Source of the DNA: an uncultured Zetaproteobacteria bacterium
GTDB taxonomy: Bacteria; Pseudomonadota; Zetaproteobacteria; Mariprofundales; Mariprofundaceae
NCBI GenBank assembly: GCA_964613235.1
Contig: CAZTGM010000001.1
Span: 17,143 to 81,142, forward strand
DNA: 64,000 nt
Direction: 5' to 3'
In this document: positions 18,744 to 26,464 of the stretch, piece after piece
Layout of the letters: each line of letters begins with the position of its first letter
Position numbering within the stretch: the stretch's first letter is position 1
Notes under the pieces: generated by a model
What the model was told of the DNA's origin: nothing
The model's input: only the letters and a program-made list of their open reading frames with translations
Databases searched by the model: none
Translations under genes and position numbers: made by a program

Positions 18744-19550
18744 TTAATCCTTTGCCATGCGCACATCCAGCCGATCACGCAGGGCATCACCCAGCAGATT
18801 GACAGCCATGACAATACTCAGCAACACCAGTCCCGGCCAGATGACCAGCAAGGGCTGCACCAGCATGACCCGTGTCCCTTCCCGAATCATCGTGCCCAGC
18901 GATGCCTGTGGCGGCTGCACACCCACACCGAGAAACGACAACCCGGCCTCGCCAATAATTACGGCAGCCAGCCCGAAACTGGCTTCCACCAGCAGCGGCG
19001 CAGCAATATTGGGCAGCAGATGCCGATATGCGATGACGGGTGCGGCCACGCCATTGCTGATGGCCGCCTGTACAAACGGCACCTGTTTCAATGCCAGTAC
19101 CTGCCCGCGCGCCAGTCTGGCAAAGCCCACCCAGCCGACAGCAACCAGCGCCAGCACAAGATTCTCCACGCCCGGCCCGAGCATTGCCGCCAGGGCAATG
19201 GCCAGCAGAATGCCCGGAAACGATAATACAACATCCGCCAGCCGCATCAGCACATCATCCCACCAGCCGCCCAACCAGGCGGAAAACAGCCCCAGCGCAA
19301 TACCAATGGCAGCACTGCCAATAACCACAGTCACCCCTACCATCAGCGACAACTGTAACCCTGCCGCCAGCCGTGCCAGCACATCGCGTCCAAGCCCGTC
19401 ACAGCCCAGCCAGTGCTCACCGCTGATGCCGGCAAACACCCGCCGCAAATCCACCTGCAGCGCATCCTGCCCCGCCACTGCCGCCGCAACGATCACAAAT
19501 GCAGACAGACCCAGACAGACAGCAATCAGGTAACGGGAAGATTTAGACAA
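18744..19550 (-). CDS. ABC transporter permease, DppC/OppC-like
   Basis: GCDGLGRDVLARL and the EAA-type loop VQAAISNGVAAPVIAYRHLLPNI are present, with 6 TM helices. It has a TTG start with AGGTGA upstream. Confidence 0.88.
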   Translation of the reverse strand: MSKSSRYLIAVCLGLSAFVIVAAAVAGQDALQVDLRRVFAGISGEHWLGCDGLGRDVLARLAAGLQLSLMVGVTVVIGSAAIGIALGLFSAWLGGWWDDVLMRLADVVLSFPGILLAIALAAMLGPGVENLVLALVAVGWVGFARLARGQVLALKQVPFVQAAISNGVAAPVIAYRHLLPNIAAPLLVEASFGLAAVIIGEAGLSFLGVGVQPPQASLGTMIREGTRVMLVQPLLVIWPGLVLLSIVMAVNLLGDALRDRLDVRMAKD

Positions 19551-19561
19551 TGCTCACCTTT

Positions 19562-19933
19562 TTATCGCCACAGAGATCCACCCGTGGCATCGCAACGCCG
19601 GAACACATGCACCCAGACCAGTGCATCCTGCTGCCATTCCATGCCGCGATGCATGCGCAAAATCAGCTCGCGATAAGCCTGCAGGCTGGCATAGCCTTCG
19701 GCCTTGGCATCGGCATCACTCATATCTCCCAAACGCTGGCGCTTCAACTCAGTACATACGAACACTACTCCTTCCAGTTCAAACGTATCGCCCGGCCAGG
19801 CATAGACGCCATCGCGACGTTGCTCCGTTTTTTTGCCATCCAGTGCAGCCTGTACAAGCCGGGGATGACGGATCAGTCTGTCGATGGCACAGGTCTTTTC
19901 CGGCCAGGATGATGATGTCTGCTGTTTACTCAT
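19562..19933 (-). CDS. ASCH (PUA-like) domain protein
   Basis: LVQAALDGKKTEQRRDGVYAWPGDTFELEGVVFVCTELKRQRLGDMSDADAKAEGYASL fits the ASCH pattern (G.KT.E.R...pGd). GGGAG lies 8 nt upstream of the ATG at 19933. The gene ends 11 nt before the dppC-like start. Confidence 0.65.
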   Translation of the reverse strand: MSKQQTSSSWPEKTCAIDRLIRHPRLVQAALDGKKTEQRRDGVYAWPGDTFELEGVVFVCTELKRQRLGDMSDADAKAEGYASLQAYRELILRMHRGMEWQQDALVWVHVFRRCDATGGSLWR

Positions 19934-20050
19934 GCGTTTGACTCCCAAAAGCGGGCAGCATTATCAAAAGCCTCCCCGCTGGCAAGCACCTTGCTTCATG
20001 GACAACGAATGCTATGGTGATGTCACTGCAAACGATCAAAGGATGGATGA

Positions 20051-20443
20051 ATGAGAAAACTCATGATTGTCTTTGCCGCCGGTTGCCTGGGTGCACTGGC
20101 CAACAGCCTGACTGTCTGGGCCTTCGGCCATTACGGCATCAGCGCATCGCTGCATGTACACATTACCCCCGATCTTTCGCCGCACTGGCTTTATCCGCGT
20201 ATTGTCTGGGGTGGTATCTGGGGCATGCTGTTTGTGCTACCCATGCTGCAATCACGATGGCTGCTCAAAGGCACTGCACTCAGCCTTGCACCTACGGCCG
20301 TGCAATTGTTTGTTATTTTTCCCTTCATTGCACACAAAGGCATGGCAGGCCTTGAGCTGGGAACACTGACACCACTGCTGGTGCTGTTTTTCAACGTCGT
20401 CTGGGGCATCGTTACTGCCATGGCCATTCGTTTCGGCAAATAA
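20051..20443 (+). CDS. Small integral membrane protein (about 4 TM), function unknown
   Basis: A 130-aa hydrophobic ORF with an SD-like AAGGA upstream. I recognise no family. Confidence 0.55.
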   Translation: MRKLMIVFAAGCLGALANSLTVWAFGHYGISASLHVHITPDLSPHWLYPRIVWGGIWGMLFVLPMLQSRWLLKGTALSLAPTAVQLFVIFPFIAHKGMAGLELGTLTPLLVLFFNVVWGIVTAMAIRFGK

Positions 20444-20495
20444 TGGACTACTGTCGCGCTTTGCTGCAGTCACACAACACCACAGGAGATGAAAC

Positions 20496-21062
20496 ATGAG
20501 CGATATTAACTGCGTGGATTACGGCCCTCTGGCCTCTCTCATCGGCGCATGGAAAGGCGACAGAGGAACGGATATTGCACCCGAACCCCAGGGTACGAAA
20601 GTCACACCCTATCACGAAACACTCACCTTCTCGGCCATCGGCGATGTCACCAATGCTGGCTCGCAAACACTGGCCGTGCTGCATTACCGGCAAATCGTAC
20701 AGCGCAAGTCCGATCAGCAGATTTTTCATGATGAAACCGGCTACTGGATGTGGGATGCCGCCAATCAGACCGTCATGCATTCACTGACCATTCCGCGCGG
20801 CGTTTGCGTACTGGCTGGCGGCAACGCCCCGTCACAACTCGCATCTGACGGCAGTATCACACTGGAAGTTGCCGCTGCTGCGAATAATCCCGACTGGCAG
20901 ATCATTCAATCACCGTTCATGCATGAGCAAGCCCGCACCACGGCATTCCATCATCACATTACGGTCAATGGCAACACGTTGCACTATGCAGAGACAACAA
21001 CCGTGGATATCTATGGCAAAGTATTTGAACATACCGATGAAAACATTTTGCAACGGCACTAA
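20496..21062 (+). CDS. Nitrobindin/FABP-like heme-binding beta-barrel protein (THAP4/DUF1794-like)
   Basis: PLASLIGAWKGDRGTDIAPEPQG...YHETLTF...LHYRQIV....IFHDETGYWMWD matches my memory of the nitrobindin-type lipocalin-like barrel. AGGAG lies 8 nt upstream. Confidence 0.65.
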   Translation: MSDINCVDYGPLASLIGAWKGDRGTDIAPEPQGTKVTPYHETLTFSAIGDVTNAGSQTLAVLHYRQIVQRKSDQQIFHDETGYWMWDAANQTVMHSLTIPRGVCVLAGGNAPSQLASDGSITLEVAAAANNPDWQIIQSPFMHEQARTTAFHHHITVNGNTLHYAETTTVDIYGKVFEHTDENILQRH

Positions 21063-21068
21063 TTACCC

Positions 21069-22253
21069 GTGAGCACAAAAGAACCGAACATGCTTGAAGC
21101 CTTCATTCGGCAGGAATCGGCCAGCGGCATCCTGCTGATTCTGGCCACCATGCTGGCGCTGCTGCTGAGCAATTCAATGCTCTCTCCATTATATCAGTGG
21201 TTCCTGCACTTGCCGGTGGAAGTTCGCATTGGTGCGCTGCATCTGGATAAACATCTCTATCACTGGATCAATGACGGACTGATGGCCATTTTCTTTCTGC
21301 TCATTGGTCTGGAGGTTAAACGGGAAATATTGCAGGGTCATCTGTCCTCCATCGGCCAGATCGCCCTGCCTGGTCTCGCGGCAATCGGCGGCATGCTCAT
21401 GCCAGCACTCATTTATCTGGCATTCAATCTCGATCAGCCTATCGCCGCCAATGGCTGGGCTATTCCTACAGCAACCGACATCGCATTTGCCCTGGCCATT
21501 CTATCCCTGCTCGGCAAACGGGTTCCCATATCGCTGAAAATTTTCCTCATGGCCCTGGCCATTATCGACGACCTGGGCGCCGTGATCATTATTGCCCTGT
21601 TCTATACCAACGATCTGTCCATGCTGTCAATCGCCATCGCCTGCACGGCTCTGGCCGTGCTAATGACATTCAACCTTCTGGGGGTCAGCAAAAAAGCGGC
21701 CTATTTCATCGTCGGCACCATTTTATGGGTCAGCGTCCTCAAATCGGGCGTACATGCAACACTGGCTGGCGTGGCTCTGGCATTTACCATTCCGTTGCAT
21801 GCACAGGATGAATGCGGACAGCCTGTATCACCACTCAAGGAAATCGAACACGGCCTGCATTTCTGGGTCGCCTTTCTCATCTTGCCTTTGTTTGCCTTCG
21901 TCAATGCGGGCGTTGATATCACTGGCATTTCCCTTGATCAGATGTCCGGCTCCGTGCCACTGGGCATCATGCTCGGCCTGTTTCTCGGCAAACAGCTCGG
22001 CGTATTCAGCTTCAGCTGGCTGGCCATCAGACTGAAGCTGGCCCATCTGCCGGCAGGCAGCAACTGGCTGCAGCTTTACGGTGTGTCCGTACTCACCGGC
22101 ATCGGCTTCACCATGAGCCTGTTTATTTCCTCGCTGGCTTTTGAAGACAGCTCCCTGTTCCAGTACACCGACAAGCTAGCCATTTTGCTCGCCTCCTTCA
22201 TCTCCGGTACAGTCGGCTATCTGATACTGAAAACCTGCAAACCAGCGCCCTAG
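21069..22253 (+). CDS. nhaA: Na+/H+ antiporter NhaA
   Basis: WINDGLMAIFFLLIGLEVKRE, ATDIAFALAIL, IIDDLGAVIIIALFYT and SGVHATLAGV are NhaA signatures. It has a GTG start at 21069, with an in-frame ATG at 21090. Confidence 0.93.
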   Translation: MSTKEPNMLEAFIRQESASGILLILATMLALLLSNSMLSPLYQWFLHLPVEVRIGALHLDKHLYHWINDGLMAIFFLLIGLEVKREILQGHLSSIGQIALPGLAAIGGMLMPALIYLAFNLDQPIAANGWAIPTATDIAFALAILSLLGKRVPISLKIFLMALAIIDDLGAVIIIALFYTNDLSMLSIAIACTALAVLMTFNLLGVSKKAAYFIVGTILWVSVLKSGVHATLAGVALAFTIPLHAQDECGQPVSPLKEIEHGLHFWVAFLILPLFAFVNAGVDITGISLDQMSGSVPLGIMLGLFLGKQLGVFSFSWLAIRLKLAHLPAGSNWLQLYGVSVLTGIGFTMSLFISSLAFEDSSLFQYTDKLAILLASFISGTVGYLILKTCKPAP

Positions 22254-23182
22254 ATCCCCTGGCTGCTGCGCTGCCTGGGGTCAAGCAGGATCGCCATGAT
22301 ATCGGCGAACATATTGGCCAGCACATAAAACATGGCGATCATCAATACACAACCCTGCACCAGCGGATAATTACGCTGTTGGATCGCTTCAATCGTCAGC
22401 ATGCCCAGCCCCGGCCAGTCAAAGACCATTTCGGTAATCACGGCACCGCCAAGTACCGCCCCCATCTGCAGCGCAAACATGGTTACCAGTGGCACAGCCG
22501 CCAGACGTGCCGCATGGCGCCACCAGATGCGCCTTTCGGACAAACCGAAGGCCCGTGCCGTACGGCAGGCATCATGCGCAACAGCTTCCAGCCAGGAGGA
22601 ACGGGCCATACGCGAAAGGATGGCCGCCAGTGCCGTACCCAGCGTAATGGCCGGCAGGATGATACTGCCCGGTTGTTCCATGCCCGATACCGGCAACCAG
22701 CCCAGCATGACGGCAAACACCAGCATCAGCATGGGACCCAGCCAGAAGTTGGGGATGGATACCCCCAGCAAGGACACGCCCATGGCCCATGCATCCTGTT
22801 GCCGTCCGGCATGACGTGCTGCCCAATAGCCCAGCGGAATGGCCATCACCAGTGCAAACAGCAGACTGACCGCGGCCAGTTGCAGCGTTGCCGGCAAACG
22901 CTCAACAATCAGGGTCAGCACATCACGCTGATCGAGCAGGCTCTGCCCCCAGTTACCCTGCAGCAGACCCTGCACATAAAGCCCGTATTGCTGCCATAGC
23001 GGACGATCCAGATGCAAGGCATGTCGCAAAGCTTCACGATCCGCCGGCATCGCCGTTTCACCAAGCAAGGCATCCACCGGGTCGCCCGGCACCAGATGCA
23101 GCAGGAAAAACACGACCGTCACCACACCCAGCAATGTCGGAACCGTTTGCAACACACGCCTGAGCACCAATCGGACAATCAT
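22250..23182 (-). CDS. ABC transporter permease, DppB/OppB-like
   Basis: MIVRLVLRRVLQTVPTLLGVVTVVFFLLHLVPGDPVDALLGE is the typical DppB N-terminus. The EAA loop AVAHDACRTARAFGLSERRIWWRHAARLA is present. Confidence 0.88.
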   Translation of the reverse strand: MIVRLVLRRVLQTVPTLLGVVTVVFFLLHLVPGDPVDALLGETAMPADREALRHALHLDRPLWQQYGLYVQGLLQGNWGQSLLDQRDVLTLIVERLPATLQLAAVSLLFALVMAIPLGYWAARHAGRQQDAWAMGVSLLGVSIPNFWLGPMLMLVFAVMLGWLPVSGMEQPGSIILPAITLGTALAAILSRMARSSWLEAVAHDACRTARAFGLSERRIWWRHAARLAAVPLVTMFALQMGAVLGGAVITEMVFDWPGLGMLTIEAIQQRNYPLVQGCVLMIAMFYVLANMFADIMAILLDPRQRSSQGI

Positions 23183-23281
23183 GCTGCGATGCTAACCCGA
23201 TTTCATATCATAACCCACGATCAATGCACATGCCTGTCAATTCAACTTGCTTTAAACAGACAGTAGCAGCAGCCTGCGCTC

Positions 23282-23983
23282 ATGTCAGAACAACGCTTTG
23301 ATCAGGATGAAATTGCCAAATTCGAGGCCATGGCCGAGGAATGGTGGGATCCAAAAGGTAAATTCAAGCCACTGCATCAAATCAACCCCTTGCGACTGGA
23401 TTATATCGCCGATACTGCCACGCTGCCTGGTGCCATGGTACTGGACGTCGGCTGTGGCGGTGGCCTGCTGGCAGAAGGCATGGCAGGGCACGGCGCGCAT
23501 GTAACCGGTATTGATCGCTCCCCGCGCGCGCTCGGTGTTGCACGCACGCATGCCGAACAGGCCGGTGTGACCGTGCAATACGAAGAAAACGATGCCGAAA
23601 CCTGGGCTGAATCGCATGCCGAACATTACGATATCGTTACCTGTCTGGAAGTACTGGAGCATGTGCCCGATGTCGAAGGCACCGTAGCGGCCTGTGCTTC
23701 CATGCTGAAACCCGGCGGCCATTTCTTTTTTGCTACGCTGAATCGTACGCCCAAAGCCTATCTCAAAGCCATTATCGGTGCCGAATATATTCTCGGCTGG
23801 CTGCCCAAGGGTACACATGAGTATGCCAAATTCATTCGTCCCTCGGAAATGCATCAGGCACTGCGTCAGGCCGGGCTGAACATGCAGGCATTGCATGGCA
23901 TGAGCTATTCCATACTGGCTGACCGTTTCAGTCTGTCCGGCGATCTCTCCGTCAATTATCTTGGTGTGGCCGTCAAACCCTGA
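23282..23983 (+). CDS. ubiG: Bifunctional 3-demethylubiquinol 3-O-methyltransferase UbiG
   Basis: FDQDEIAKFEAMAEEWWDPKGKFKPLHQINPLRLDYI, VLDVGCGGGLLAE and GGHFFFATLNRT are present. Confidence 0.93.
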   Translation: MSEQRFDQDEIAKFEAMAEEWWDPKGKFKPLHQINPLRLDYIADTATLPGAMVLDVGCGGGLLAEGMAGHGAHVTGIDRSPRALGVARTHAEQAGVTVQYEENDAETWAESHAEHYDIVTCLEVLEHVPDVEGTVAACASMLKPGGHFFFATLNRTPKAYLKAIIGAEYILGWLPKGTHEYAKFIRPSEMHQALRQAGLNMQALHGMSYSILADRFSLSGDLSVNYLGVAVKP

Positions 23984-23988
23984 AACGC

Positions 23989-26427
23989 ATGCCAGGCCGC
24001 ATTGTCACTTTATCCATCGCAGTCATGCTGTGGCTGTATGGCTCCATGCCTGCAATCGCAGCCGGCATGGATATTATTGCCGATGAACTGACACGCACGG
24101 CTGACGGCATCGTGGTCGCAAAGGGATCGGTCATCATCGAACAGCGTGCTTTCCGTACAATCGAACAATTGCACATCAGCGGCCAGCAACAGGCCACAGC
24201 CTCATTCATGCTGAAACTGGTCAAGGCCAGAAAAACGACCACCGAACAGCGACAACTGGTCTTCGCACAACGCCATGGTCACTGGCGGATCGTCCGCGAC
24301 AGCAAGTCTGCATCGGCTGCAACTGCAGACACCACACAGGCAAACCATACGTGGTCAAAAAAAACGATTACCGGACTGGTCGAAACATGGCGAACATCCT
24401 GGAATCGTCACGACAAGCAAACCTTTGTATCGCTCTACGACGAACAGGCTTTCCCGGCCGAATACACACAACGCGAACAGTGGCTTAAAGCACTGGAAAC
24501 GCAGTTTGCGGCAGCACCTGAACGCAGCCTGCATGCCGATGAGGTTCGCTATGACCCGCAACACCATCGCATCACGGCAAACGGACATGTACGCATGCAC
24601 TCAAGAGACGGACGCATCGAGGCATCATCCGTCGATATCGACAGTGAATCGCAACTGGGCACGATTGCCGAAGCTACTGTCTTCCTGCCCGGCGGAGAAC
24701 GCCTGCATGCAAGCAAAGCCAGACGCATCAGTGCACATGAACTGGAAGCTTCCGATGTGAGCTTCACTGCCTGCCCTGTCGATGACGAAGCATGGACCCT
24801 GAAAGCTGAACACGCCCTGCTCAATGACGAGCGCGGGGTGTTTCAGGCGCGCAATGCCTCCTTCCGCTGGATGGGTGTCACGGTAGCCTACCTGCCATGG
24901 TGGCGGCAAGCCTACAAACGCCAGTCCGGTTTTCTGATGCCGGATGTTGGCAGCGGACGCCGTCGCGGCACGGAAATCGCCATTCCCTATTATTTTGCAC
25001 CTGCCGATAACTGGGATGCGACATTAATGCCTCGCTGGATGAGTGCGCGAGGCATCATGGGTACGGGAGAATTCCGCCATATTGCCCGTAACGACAGGGA
25101 AGAGATTACCCTGGAAGGCATCCATGACACGCTGACAGGAGGCAATCGCAGCAGAATTCAGGGCGATATTGACTGGACATTGCCCAAAGACATGCGCTTT
25201 AATATCAAAGCTGATCACGTCAGCGATCACGATTATCTGGCGGACTTCGGCCGCGATGCCGATGTATCCCGATCATTTCTGTCCAGTCAGGCCGCCCTTT
25301 CCCAAGGCTTCCAGTATGGCGACTGGACCCTGATGGCCATGCATCAACAGGATCTTCGCTTGACGAGCAATGCCTCAGTTGCCCAGATTCTGCCGCGGCT
25401 AGAAAGCCGGTTTGTCTATCCGGCCTCAAACTGGCTCAACATCCATTTTGATCAGCAAACCACCTTATTCAAACGAAAAGCAGGAGTGGAAGGCTGGCGT
25501 ATCGACCTGGAGCCCTATGTCGAACTGCCCGGAGAATGGTTTGATGGCGGTATCAACGCCCTGCTCCATGCCGGCTTCCGTAGTACGCAATATCGCCTGA
25601 CACAAACGGCAAACCGTCGTCTGGCCCATAACAGCCCGAATCTCAGCATGGAAGTACGCAGCACCTTTGAACATATCAGCGACAATCACCAATTCAGACA
25701 CGCCATTATACCCGTGCTTCGCTATGACTGGGCCAATGCCCCCGATCAGACCGGGGATCCCAATTTCGATTCGGCGTTCGGCAAGCTAAACTGGAGCAAT
25801 CTGCTCTCCGGCAACCGTTTTTCGGGCCATGACCGTATTGAAAAAACCAACCGCATCACATTCATGCTGGAAAACCTGCTGCAACAAAAAGATGATATCA
25901 GCAGCCATGACCTGTTCCGCTTCGGCATTGGCGCCAGTTATAATTTCAACCGCCAGCGGATCGACAGTACACTTCAGAAAGCGCCGATTCGCCCGTTTTC
26001 CAATCTTCTGGCCAATCTGACATGGACACCATTCCGGTCACTAAGCCTGAACGGAGAGGCTCTGTTCAACCCCTATGAGCGCTATATGGCCACCGACAGT
26101 ATCAGTGCCCGCTGGCACGATGAACACCATATGCTCGATATCGCCTATCGGGAAACGGATAAACGCTATGCTCAGGCAACCCGATTATTCGATATCAATG
26201 CCAGTAGTGATTTTGCATCGCGCTGGACGGTGCACGGACGCTGGCAATACGACACCATTCTGAAACTGACACAACAGGCCAGCGTGGGCGTTCGCTACAA
26301 CCATGCCTGCTGGAATATCGCAGTGGAAGGTTACCGCAACAATCGTCGCAGCGGCACAACCAACAACAGCGATTTCGGCTTCCATATCTTGCTAGGCTTC
26401 AAGGGTCTGGGTAGCGTCGGTTCCTGA
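23989..26427 (+). CDS. lptD: LPS-assembly outer membrane protein LptD, with an atypical roughly 125-aa insertion in the N-terminal OstA domain
   Basis: It has a signal peptide. OstA strands are present (IIADELTRTADGIVVAKGSVIIEQ ... LHADEVRYDPQHHRITANGHVRM), as are KRQSGFLMPDVGSGRRRGTEIAIPYYFAPADNWDATLMPRWMSARG and a large C-terminal barrel. It sits in lptD-surA-pdxA synteny. Confidence 0.9.
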   Translation: MPGRIVTLSIAVMLWLYGSMPAIAAGMDIIADELTRTADGIVVAKGSVIIEQRAFRTIEQLHISGQQQATASFMLKLVKARKTTTEQRQLVFAQRHGHWRIVRDSKSASAATADTTQANHTWSKKTITGLVETWRTSWNRHDKQTFVSLYDEQAFPAEYTQREQWLKALETQFAAAPERSLHADEVRYDPQHHRITANGHVRMHSRDGRIEASSVDIDSESQLGTIAEATVFLPGGERLHASKARRISAHELEASDVSFTACPVDDEAWTLKAEHALLNDERGVFQARNASFRWMGVTVAYLPWWRQAYKRQSGFLMPDVGSGRRRGTEIAIPYYFAPADNWDATLMPRWMSARGIMGTGEFRHIARNDREEITLEGIHDTLTGGNRSRIQGDIDWTLPKDMRFNIKADHVSDHDYLADFGRDADVSRSFLSSQAALSQGFQYGDWTLMAMHQQDLRLTSNASVAQILPRLESRFVYPASNWLNIHFDQQTTLFKRKAGVEGWRIDLEPYVELPGEWFDGGINALLHAGFRSTQYRLTQTANRRLAHNSPNLSMEVRSTFEHISDNHQFRHAIIPVLRYDWANAPDQTGDPNFDSAFGKLNWSNLLSGNRFSGHDRIEKTNRITFMLENLLQQKDDISSHDLFRFGIGASYNFNRQRIDSTLQKAPIRPFSNLLANLTWTPFRSLSLNGEALFNPYERYMATDSISARWHDEHHMLDIAYRETDKRYAQATRLFDINASSDFASRWTVHGRWQYDTILKLTQQASVGVRYNHACWNIAVEGYRNNRRSGTTNNSDFGFHILLGFKGLGSVGS

Positions 26428-26464
26428 TCAACCCTTTAACTATCATGATACGTCCGGAGGATCC

